DNA of 63,949 bases, counting the filler, from Blastocystis sp. subtype 4 (taxonomy: Eukaryota): the NCBI RefSeq assembly GCF_000743755.1. It is 4 parts of 4 records of this genome, joined end to end, with 100 filler letters (N's around TTAATTAATTAA, not from the genome) between each part and the next. Parts side by side here need not be neighbours in the genome. Positions count along the whole stretch, not along the records: positions 32,656 to 48,769 come from NW_014569303.1; positions 48,870 to 63,949 come from NW_014569291.1; 2 more parts are not named here. One strand, given 5' to 3'. The notes below the pieces were generated by a model. That model searched no databases, was not told where the DNA came from, and was given only the letters and a program-made list of their open reading frames with translations. Every line of letters starts with the position of its first letter. Within the stretch, counting starts at the first letter, position 1. A program made the position numbers and the translations under genes. Below are positions 45,501-56,604 of the stretch, piece by piece.

Positions 45501-48500
45501 CACTCATGTCCAATTCATTCACCTTATCTTCTGGTTTCTTTGTTAGCGTTGTGATATTCTGTTCTTCATCAGAATCAGACGACGACGATGATGACTCCAA
45601 GCAATGCTTACAGAATACACCTTCAACCACCTGAGGCTTTCCTTTCTTCGTGTAGAGAGTCACTAGAATCTCGACTTCCTTTGCTATTCCTACCATTCTC
45701 TGCTGGATTCACGTTACACAGGACACACAATTTCACAGCCTTACGTGCTTCCTTCTCTTCTCTTTCCTGAATAATCTTATCTGCCTCTTCAATATTCCGA
45801 TTCGATTCAATCACTTTCAAAAACACTTCATCCAAGTTGCTTGGACTAATCAACCATTCTTTTGTACAAGGAAGTCGGTTGATATCAAGAAGGAATCGAG
45901 GTAAGAACTTCATATCATCATGACCAACACCAACTGACAGCTGAGCTGTAGTATAGCTGATCATCTCCGTATTCACCATGTAATCCTATCCATCTATCAT
46001 CTACTCAAGACCTACTCTCATCAAATCAAATACATTATCGGCCTTATATCCGTCATTCAAAAGAATATCAACCTTATAGCCTCTTCCAAAGGCCTGCTTC
46101 AATCCATAAGGAGTACCAATCGCTCTCAAACGGCCCAAAAACATGATTCCCACTTTATCTGAAAGAGCATCTGCTTCTTCCATGGAATGTGTCGTTAGAA
46201 GGATGGTGTGATCTTTCTTCAGCTCCGCCAACACATCCCACAGTTCAAATCGCGAAATAGGATCCATTCCAGAGGTCGGCTCATCGAAGACAAGGAGTTT
46301 TCGATCTCCCAAACAAGCTAATGCAACAGAAAGCTTTCGTTTCATTCCTCCTGAAAACGTGGTAGCATTGGCATCAATAAACTTTTCCAATTTGAACAGT
46401 TTCAACAGTCTGTCACATTCAGCCTTGATGGTGTTATTACTCAGTCCTTTGAACAGACCCATCACTATAAACATCTGACGTGGAGTGAACTGAGGCCAGA
46501 AATAATCAAACTGATTACAAACACCACAGGATTCCTGAATACCAAGGGGATCAATGACTGCTGAGGTACCATCCACATAGATGTCTCCATATGTGGGCTG
46601 GTACACTCCTGTTAGCATAGAAACAGTTGTAGTCTTTCCACATCCATTCTATCCATCACTTCACACTCATATCCATACGGGTCCCAACAATGTGAAGATC
46701 TGATTGGGCATGATCTCAAGATGAAGTTCTTTCACTGCAGTACAACTCTGAAAGAGTTTGGTTGTGAATGAAAAGATCACACTGTTATTGGTAGCACTAT
46801 CAACTCGATCCTTATCACGGTTGTCAATTCCTCTTCACATCATTACCTCATACCTGTTATACTGAACTGTGACAGTTTTCCCCATATGCCAGAATGAATA
46901 GGTAAAAGGGAAGCAACACTTCAGTTTGCACATGGATTTATAAGCAAAATACCAACAATAGAAGTACAAAATGAACATGGATACAATCGATAATTCAATC
47001 AATACAATAAGTCTATATCTCAGAGAAGAGATAGGATCATACGAAATACTGATAGGATGTATCTTCACATATATAACGTCATACCAACTAAAGGAATTGG
47101 GATAAGATGATATAAACTCTATTACTCCACCACTTATACTACAATGAACAATACAATTTAAACTCACCATGAAAACCAATATGAAGGATTGGGAATGGTG
47201 AAGATGATATCAGTAAGTTGCATAGGAAGATGAACATACAATAGAGTCGAGGAAATCTGAATGAGACTGATTACAACAATGATAATATATAGAATAGCAA
47301 AACGAGAAGGACGAATCACACAAGTACTATCAATAAACCAACAGAATCATGAATACAAGATGAACATACCTTGAAGTGCAGAAAAGAAGTAATAAATTGT
47401 ACAAGTCAAAGTAACAAACTAACATAATCAATTGATTATCCATTAGTACCATCCACGGCTGATTTCTATACGCTTCCCATCCAAAACCTCGTCCTGATAA
47501 TTCTTCGAAAAAGGCTGCCAATAGACTCATAATGAAAAATGAAGGAAGATAACCAAGAAGATTCGAACTCTCCTAGAATCATCATTCAATTCATTCGTTT
47601 ACCATCATTCCCATTGATCGCATATAACTCATCATTGAATCCTTCTTCTCATTCACCATAGTGATTCCCCAATATAATGTGTAGATGAGTCCACAAAACA
47701 AACTTGACATTACATAGAACTTGTAGTCATCATATCTACGAATCATGAGTGCCTTCAAGGATTACACAGTCGCATTCTGATCAACAAGTGGATTATAACG
47801 AGTAGATATGGATATTGGAGTAAGAGAAGGATTGAAATACTGGTTAATGGCAGTTTCGACACTGCTTTGAACTTCCATAAAAAATGTATCCAGGTCTTCA
47901 GAACGGGCCATTGCTTGATATGAAGCATTGACCCAGATGTGATAATCCAAATTGCTGTAGTTTCCAAATTCAAAAAATACTCCCGCTGTAGCATATCGAT
48001 AGTTGGATATAGACTTGGGGTAAATGGCATGAATATACTCTTCTTCATCTAGAATTTAGTTTCTAGATATTTCTATACCATATCCGGTGATATCAGTTCC
48101 CATTGTTAGATCGCAATTCCTAGCTAGATTCGAGATAATCGTATTCGTGATATTGTTCATTGGAGCGTAAACAAGCGTACGGCACATATCCTTCTCATTG
48201 GATGGAGAAAATGGATAACCCTTCCTATGCATCAATCACCATGCTAACAAATACGAATTATAATTCCTACAACGTGAAAGTTTGTTGATGGTTGTTGAGT
48301 GAGAGAATGATGGTACCGATTCCATGTAATGAACTATTCCAACAACAACATTGATGAAAACTATTCATTACACTCATTACCATGTGTTACGAGGAAGTAG
48401 AATCATGAAGGCTACGCGATACTTATGGATCCATAAGTAGTAATTATTCTTCCTGCTAACGGCCCTCACCTGATAAAACAAACGACTCCAGTAGGATCTA

Positions 48501-48511
48501 TGACTAGACAT
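42575..48511 (-). CDS. Full-size ABC transporter, subfamily A
   Basis: Two NBDs (LLGPNGxGKTT; FSGGMKRKLS and LSGGQKRRLT; DEPT; LLTTHSMEEADAL), two TMDs and N-terminal QVRAVSRKN. Confidence 0.92.
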
Positions 48512-48769
48512 AATTGTAGTGGAGACGAATTGATTCGGTTTTCCTATTATTTAAATAATGGGACCAGATTAACCAAAATTATTGACCCTATTGCAACTAT
48601 TCTTAATCTTCCTCTTCTGGTGTTCTCATGGGTGCTATTCACTTGTTCTTCTTGTTTTCAACAATTCATTTTTCATCATCAATGAAACTCCTTCACATTT
48701 CGACGTTTCCACAATTGATCAAACCACTCAAAGAATCATCCTTTCATATCCATTAGACAATGTTCGGAC

Positions 48770-48869
48770 NNNNNNNNNNNNNNNNNNNNNNNNNNNNNNN
48801 NNNNNNNNNNNNNTTAATTAATTAANNNNNNNNNNNNNNNNNNNNNNNNNNNNNNNNNNNNNNNNNNNN
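48770..48869. other. Assembly gap linker
   Basis: N44-TTAATTAATTAA-N44. Confidence 0.97.
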
Positions 48870-49058
48870 CTAGAGATGAACGAAAATCAGCTACAATGTA
48901 CCAATACGTCCGTGACCGGCACTAACATGTCCTCTGGCCTTTCTGTTCTTGCTGAATCTAGTAGGCTACGAAATAACGATAAGTCTCATCCAAAACAATA
49001 GGTCATTAAGATAACCAACAAAATAAATTCAATGACATTCAGACAATCAACGTACCAT
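48870..49058 (-). CDS. RPL27A: 60S ribosomal protein uL15/L27a, 5' part (truncated by the gap)
   Basis: ATG at 49058, 90-nt intron 49055-48966, then PTRFSKNRKARGHVSAGHGRIG. Absent from the ORF track. Confidence 0.92.
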
Positions 49059-49527
49059 ACTAAATGAAGGTGCAACCGATAATATATGTCATAAAAGGAA
49101 CAAGAGAGAATTCAAGGAGCCGAATAAGACGATTATAAGCAGGATTGAAATACAGAAACCCGTTTTATTTGTAACCATTGCATTACTCCACTTCGTTAAT
49201 TATTGTAAGGAGGGTTATTTCTACTTCTTTCCGTCCTGAATAGTATCAAAATGGCTCATTATTCGTTACCATAGAGTTTGGTTCTTTGAATTTACAACCC
49301 CTTCTCAACAACTGTCATATTCATTGTTATTATTATTCATACGATTCAGAACAATATCAAGAAGAATCGTATCAAAAGATAAAACACCCCATTCAGGTAG
49401 AAAAAACTACTTCTTTTGTTCATCTCGTTCATATCAATAGTCTGTTCGGTTGGCTATTTGTTATTAATAATTCTCTTTTGATTCATTTGTCCTATCCATT
49501 AGTGATATTAATCAGTAGAATTGAGGA

Positions 49528-50601
49528 ATGTCAGAGCAGATACTTGCAGAGAAGTTTGTTAATTACTACTATCCGATGTTGGCTTATCACCCAGCTAATC
49601 TCTCCATTATTTATGGAGAAGACTCTGTTGCCTGTTTTCACGATATGGATCAAGTAGATCGTTCTTGTTGAGTCTTACTGAAGGATGCTGAAACATGCAA
49701 AGGTCGGGATCAGATAATGGAAGGAATGAAGGCTGTTAAACTTCCCGGTGCTGTAGCGAATCTGCAGCAGGGAAGTATCGACTGTGTTCAATGTTCTGAT
49801 AGTTCGTTTTCTTATTTGAGTTGATGTCTAGGTGAATACTTGTTAGTGGTGACGGGAAAGCTTGCATTCAAGGACATTTTGAAAGATTTCACACAGGTCT
49901 TTGTTCTTAGTGAACTCCGTTGTACAGGGAAGAATACTGATACTGGCGTAAAGAAGGTCGTATTCTATGTTCGTTCGGAGGTTTTGACAATCCATGGAAG
50001 CGAGGAAGAGGAAGTGGGAGAGACAGTTAAGGATCCCGTTACTTCAGAGCAGTCTGAGGCGAAAACTGTCGAGAGGAAGGAAACTCCTGCTCCTGCGGAA
50101 TCTCGCCAAGAGGAGAGACGCCCTCGTTATGCTTCTCAGGCTTCTGGTCATGGAGATGGTGAGACCGACGAACGACCCAAGGAGCGCAGGCCGTTATTTG
50201 AAATGTAACTTTGAGGAATTGTATGGACTATAGTATCTTTGCAAAGAATTTGGTGGAAGATGTAAACGAAGAGGATATTCGTGAAGCCTTCAGTGTAAGA
50301 TCAAGAAGAGACATTCATTCCTAGCCATTTGGTGAGATCTATCAGGTAAAGATCTTCCCTGAAAAGAGATATGCAACTGTGAGTTTCCCCAAAGAGAATG
50401 GCAACTATAATGTGCACGAGGTTTTTGATCGTATTACGAAAGAGAATCCTCATTTCACCATCCGTGGAGCTGCTGTTCGTCTAGAACCATTCAACTGTAG
50501 ATGTGTTGTATTCTGTATTAGCCGTAGTGAATCATAAGAGACCTTCGTATGATCGATCTCGCTTCGACTCCAACAGAAACTATGGCGTTATGTACAAGTA
50601 A
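49528..50601 (+). CDS. NTF2 + RRM protein (G3BP/Rasputin-like)
   Basis: MSEQILAEKFVNYYYPML...FTQVFVL (NTF2), acidic linker, then RRM (IFAKNLVEDVNEEDIREAFS). Confidence 0.75.
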
Positions 50602-50715
50602 TGGCAGAGGAATATGTTCGCCTCCCGTGGTTTGGGTGTTTGTTTATTCCTTACGACAGAAAGACACAATTGGGGTTTTCTTGAAACTCCCATCGTTAAT
50701 TCACTTTAGGTCACG

Positions 50716-52458
50716 ATGTCAGGCGTACCGAAATTCGTCTCTTCGTTTACCCAGAGTCTGAGTGAAATCTTTGAGACTTCTGGGATTCGTGGTTTTCCCA
50801 TTTCATCTCGGAGCATCAAAGTGTTTCCGTCATCATTTGATGATTCCTAGGTTCTTCTGAATCCAGATGAATTCTACAATACTTTAATTGTCGTCATATC
50901 GGTTCTACGTTAATCTTGTAGGCACAAGTAGCCCAATCGAAGAAACGAGTTACCATGTCTTCCCTGTAGTCTTTAATGATAGGAGTTATATGATAGGTAT
51001 TTGGGTACTGGTGATTTGGAGGAGAAGCTCGTTTCAACTGTGAATGAGTCCCTTCGTAAAGAGCCTGAGTTGCAGGTCAAGTGGTTTCTGGATAAGGTTG
51101 TTGTTGTTGTTCTTTGGTTCCTTGTAGGGAAGGGGATGCAGAAAGGTTCGTGGAAAGAGTAGTTCCGGTATGTTAAGTCCTTTATGCGTGGAACACGGTG
51201 AACGGTATCTCTTAATCTTGTTATCAAGCCTAGTCATCAAGTCTATTTATACACTCCTGTATTGTCTGAAAATCTAATTACTCAATTTTTGCCTCCTCGT
51301 TGGAATGAGATTTTAAGTAAGTCTTCTTTCGATAATCAATGGAAAGGTGTTTACCATATCAAGAGCTACATATTCGACAACAATATGATTATTAGTGGAG
51401 CCAATCTCTCGCATGACTATTTTACAAACCGTATTGATCGATACGTTCTATTTGAGAATTGTGCTGATCTCATTGGCCTTTATGAGAAGTTCTTTTCTAT
51501 TTTAGCAAGTTACTGTTCCTACATTACATCCACAGGTGCAATTCATGGTTACTGTATTATCGAATGATTGATTTGATTCTAGTGTCAAGCAAGAAAACTC
51601 ACCAGCAGTTCTGTAGTGAAGTGAAATCGCTTCTTCATACGAAAGAGAATTTTTCCATTCCCACTAAGGATTCTGATGTTATGGTATATCCAACTTTCCA
51701 ACAAGAAGCATTAAATCTGACATGTGACTATGATGCATTTAAGCGTGTACTGGAATTGGCCAATCGTTTTACAGATATTGATCTGTTTCTTACTTCTGGT
51801 TATGTGAACTTTCCACCTGAAGTGGTTGAACTTCTGACATCCTTCAAAGGTGAGATGAAGTTCCTTTTTGCGGCTCCTCAAGCCAATAGCTTCTTTCATG
51901 ATCCTGGGTTTGCTTCTGTGATTCCAGCTCTATACAATATTGTTGGATTGCGAATGAATTATCATAAGTAGTTGCAATGCAATTTCTTCCATCGTTGTAA
52001 AGAGAAGTCTGCAAACACTTGCTTGTAAGATTCTGCATAATGGACTCATTTGTAGTTTGGAGTATCTAAATAAGAACTGGACTTATCATTCAAAAGGATT
52101 ATGGCTTTTCCGAAAGAACTCGCCAGAATCTCTTGTGACGATTGGTAGTCCGAATTTTGGAATGCGTTCCTATTTCCGTGATATGGAGTCTCAATTATAT
52201 ATGATCTCGGAGAGTCCTAACTATATCCTTAGTGATTCTCTTTTGTAGAGTTCATTAACTACACTTAGAAAGCTTTTTGAGAATGAAACAGATCATCGGT
52301 TCCATGATAAGGATGTGAGTGAATGGAAATGCGTTGATAACTAGACCATGGAAGTCTCTGCCGCTCTCTTTGATTCTCCTGAACGATTCCCTCCGCATTG
52401 TCCGTTGGAACCAGCAAAACTAGGGTACTTCCTTCGTATGATGCAAGGGCTGTTGTAG
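50716..52458 (+). CDS. PGS1: Phosphatidylglycerophosphate synthase (PLD-type)
   Basis: YHIKSYIFDNNMIISGANLSHDYFTNRIDRY, LTSGYVNF, WTYHSKGLW, IGSPNFGMRSYFRDMESQ. Confidence 0.9.
52223..52264 (+). other. U12-type (minor spliceosome) AT-AC intron, 42 nt
   Basis: 5' ATATCCTT, branch TTCATTAAC, 3' TACAC. Removal deletes the in-frame TAG and gives ISESPNFRKLFENE. Confidence 0.85.
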
Positions 52459-52512
52459 TATGTTTGTTAAGAAACAATAGAAGGCATCTTCTTCATATGA
52501 GGAAACGGGTTC

Positions 52513-53086
52513 TTATGTATGAGGCTTCTCCTTCTTTCCACGGAACAGAGCGAGGAGAGAAGTCTTGGAGACACACACCACCTTGAAACGGACTCCCGGA
52601 ATATCACCAACAGCGTGACCAGAACGACCGAATCCAGCAATCAGAACCTCATCGTTCTCATCCACAAAGTTCAGACAACCATCACGAGGAACGAACGCAG
52701 TGATCTTCTTTCCATTCTTGATCAACTGAACACGGACGCACTTACGAATGGCAGAGTTAGGCTGCTTAGCCTCTACTCCACTATCCATCAAATACATCCA
52801 TCAAATACTTACACCTTCTCAAGAACAATTCCCTTAGCCATAGTGGCTCCTCCGAGGACATTAGCCTTAATCGAAGAGATATTGTGTCCCTTCTTGTAAG
52901 TCTAGACAATGAGAACTATGAAAATCGCTAATCACCTTATCAGCCCATCTCTCGTTACGACGAACCACACGAAGTTTACGCGAATACCACAAGGTTTTCT
53001 ACGGAAAAGGATTAGGAACTCCTTGCAAGCAAAGCACCACAAATGGTTCAGTTGTCAATATCACTTATTCCCTACCCCTTACCCAT
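52513..53086 (-). CDS. RPS23: 40S ribosomal protein uS12/S23 (apparent frameshift near 52980 in this assembly)
   Basis: MGKGKPCGIR / [15 protein letters not shown]...[31 protein letters not shown]; three introns. Confidence 0.93.
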
Positions 53087-53246
53087 TCTTGTTAAACTTG
53101 AATGCTATGAAGAAGAATCTCTCTATAGTTCTAGCTCCACACGCTTGATACCCCTGGGATAGAGCTTATATAGAAATGAATTAATAAGATTTTAATGTAC
53201 GGCATCTCATTCTAATTATCTTGTTTCTCTCTTATTTGTACTTGCC

Positions 53247-54428
53247 ATGAAGTCATTTGTATTCTTTTTGCTATTTGTCTCATGTGTACCATTTTGAGGG
53301 AAGATTGTTCCATGTAGTTATGTAAAGTACTTTCTCTTAATGGAAACAATTTTGATTCGACTGTAAATGGTGAAAAGAATGTATTTGTAAAGTTTTATGC
53401 TCCATGGTGTGGTCATTGTCAAAAGTTGGCTCCAGTATTTGTTGCTGTTGAGGAAGTTTTTAATCAAACGTATGTCATGATTACCTTCTTGATGTGAGAG
53501 ATTCCATCATTTTTGCTGAAGTTCAGGCAGATGTTGAACCCGAACTCTCTCAGCGATTTGAAATCGAGAGTTATCCCACTCTTTTGTTCTTCGCTGCAGG
53601 ATCGACGGTGGAGCCTGAGAAGTATAAAGAGGAACGAGAATTGGAGATTATTGTTCACTGGTTAAATGAACACCTCGGTACTGAGGTCCGAGTTCCTAAA
53701 CCCTTTTCGCATGTAGTCACTCTGACTCCAGGAACCTTTATTGATGTTGCTTTTCAAAAGGATAAGGTGGTTCTAGTGAAGTTCTTTGCTCCTTGGTGTC
53801 GTCACTGCAAACAATTCGCTCCTGTGTACGAACAACTCGCTACTGTGTTTATGGAAGAACCAAACGTAGTATTCATTGTTTCTATGGACGATAGATTGTA
53901 ATTGCTGAGATTGATGCAGACATGTACTCAACCTTTGTTCATCAGTTCCGCATTAATGGTTTCCCCACCTTGAAAGTTGTGTTACGTCATTCCTATCATT
54001 TTTAGTTGTTCCGTGATGGCGAGATTCTGGATTACACAGAAGGACGTGATTTAGTCTCTCTAGTTGGTTATATGAATGCAGTAGCGAATACATATCGTCG
54101 AATCGACGGGAATCTGGATTTGAAATTCGGTCGAATTCCCGAAATCGATCACAAATTGGAATCGATTCATGAGTACTCGAAGGATACAATCCAGCAAGTT
54201 ATCGAGTATATTGACAGTCTTAAATCTGCTTCAGAGAGTGGGAAGAAAGTATACAAATCCATTTTACGGAAGATTGAATCTGATGGCATCGGATTTGTTC
54301 AGATGGAAATGGAGAAGATGAAAAAATTTATTGACAACAAACAAATTGCTCCTACAAAGAAGACGATGTTCCGGATTCGGAGAAATATCTTAGAGGCTTT
54401 TCCAAGAGAAATGAATGACGAGTTATAA
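53247..54428 (+). CDS. Protein disulfide isomerase (a-a'-ERp29c type)
   Basis: Signal peptide, FYAPWCGHC and FFAPWCRHC thioredoxin domains, helical C-terminal domain, ER-retention-like NDEL*. Confidence 0.9.
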
Positions 54429-54463
54429 TGTGTTTGTAACAAATTAGTTCATATAGTACAGAA

Positions 54464-55252
54464 TTACTCAAAGATGGGGGTGTGAAGATCTGCACAATCA
54501 AAATACTGCATATCGTCCAAATTATTATTACACTAAAAATGACTATTCTATCTATCGACTACTTCCAAATCAAATGGGAATGTAGTGATTGACGGTTTCC
54601 TATACCTCAAATGACAGAATAAGGCGAACCTGTGTATGTCTAGATAGAAATCATTCTCCAAATAGAAAAGATCCGAATGAATCGGTGATCGAGGAATCGT
54701 TTGAGAAGAGACACGAGCAAACATGGACTTCTCGAGAGATGGCTCGGTCTTAGGAACAGCTATCTCAATCTTTGGGGCAATGATGAGAGGAGACTGGGAG
54801 GACAACGGTAGATTCGATCCTTGTTTCACTACAACTTCCTCTTTCACTCGCAACTTTGTGGATTCTTTAAACTTCTTCTTGCATTCTGCATAAGCACTTT
54901 TATTTGTACTCTAGTAATCGCCATCCAACGACTATTCTTACATTCTTTTGCAACTTCTGAAAGTACTTCTGCGCATGCGTACGAACTTGAACTAGATTTC
55001 TTGTTGAAATCTATCTGACAATGATTCAGCTAGATTACCATATTAGCTATCGACTTCCAGTCACTTCCATATTTTTGTAGACCCTCGAGAAACAACTTGT
55101 GTTCAGATTCGTCCCATCTACCTATGTATCATTGAGAAATACATACACAAACCTGTGTTTTCACGTGGAACAAATCCTGGTTCTGCTTCCTATGTGTGAT
55201 ACAGTCTCTTCGAAGATACACTAGACTTCTCACTTGAGCCACTAGAATCCAT
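54464..55252 (-). CDS. Myb-like (SHAQKYF class) transcription factor
   Basis: Spliced GRWDESEHKLFLEGLQKYGSDWKSIANMISTRNLVQVRTHAQKYF. Confidence 0.88.
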
Positions 55253-55591
55253 AACTATACTTTAGTCAGTATTCTCCAAACCATACACTCAACAATGGTG
55301 TTTAACTGTTTCTTAAAAGAAATGGGATCATTGGCATGTCAGACGGTATAACGGGAATTGTGTACAAATAGCGAGAGTTTGTTATCAAATCGACGTTCAT
55401 GTTACATTTCTGTAATTGATTTAACCACAGATCGATTCCTTTTTCATTGAAATATTGTTGTCTACTATAGGAGAGGATTCCTACAACTTCGATATCCATT
55501 ATCAAAAGAAAGAACATGGTCTTTTCTAATGGCTTATTCTAAGGATTAGTGATGCTATTGTTAACAGTAATTAACCAATTGTTAGTCAGTA

Positions 55592-56575
55592 ATGAAGTTC
55601 CTTCTTCTCTTCGCTCCTTCTTCATTAGCCTCAAATCAGAGTCAGATCAATGACCTAACTATTGAGGCGTTTATCAAGACTCTTGGTGACGATTTCACCA
55701 TTATCCTATGTGGAGAGTAAACTATATTATTCGTTTCACAACAATAGGCTCTGTTCTATTCAGAAGTATATTTCCCAAGTCTACACTGTTGTTTGGGATT
55801 ATTCACTTCTTCATAATAAATCCGAGTTCAGATGTACTGTTCTATATCAGAAATCTGATGGTAAGACCGTTTCTTCTTGTTTTACTAGAAGAGCTTCTAG
55901 AATGGTTAAACCAACGAGAAACGATTGTTTTGTCAATTCCATCGTATCTTGATGATGAAAGAAAGAGGATAAATGAAGAACGGACAAAGCTTGGTCTTAA
56001 GCAGATCACAGTATAAGTTCAAATCGATATTCAGCATAGTTTGATACGATTCATACTGTACAATGGACAGAAGAGATGGTAGCACTGGATTGGGACTCAT
56101 CTCAGTATTATCACGTTAAAACTGCTTGTGTTGGAGGAACATTTGACTGTCTTCACCCTGGTCATCGGATTTTGTTAACATTAGCATCTCTAGTCTGCGA
56201 TCATCTCATTATCGGAGTATGCCTACTTTGGTCTTTTTATCCTAGATAACAGCAGATAAGATGTTGGAGACAAAATTAAAACATGAAAAGATTGCCTCTT
56301 ACGAACAACGGAAACAAGGAGTTCTCGAGTTTCTCAAACAAGTGGCTCCCAAGTTGAAAGTGGTCGTTTCGCCATTAGTGGATATCTATGGGCCATCAGT
56401 CGTGGAACAAGACATTGATGCCATCATTGTCTCTCTCGAAACTCTAGCGGGAGCAAAAATGATTAACCAGGTGAGAGAAAAGAAAGGCCTGAATCCTTTG
56501 ATTGTATTCACAGTGAATCGTTCCAGTAGATACATTCTCAGTTCGACATTCATTCGTAATCACAAAGAGTTGTAG
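55592..56575 (+). CDS. Phosphopantetheine adenylyltransferase (CoA biosynthesis)
   Basis: CVGGTFDCLHPGHRILLT, LVDIYGPS, AIIVSLET, LSSTFIR. Confidence 0.85.
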
Positions 56576-56604
56576 GTATAATTCTCTTTGTTAACAAAGA
56601 CACA

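Noticed and set aside
55295..55550. Possible small gene between the Myb and PPAT genes
   Set aside because: No consistent spliced model or recognisable motif on either strand; left unresolved.
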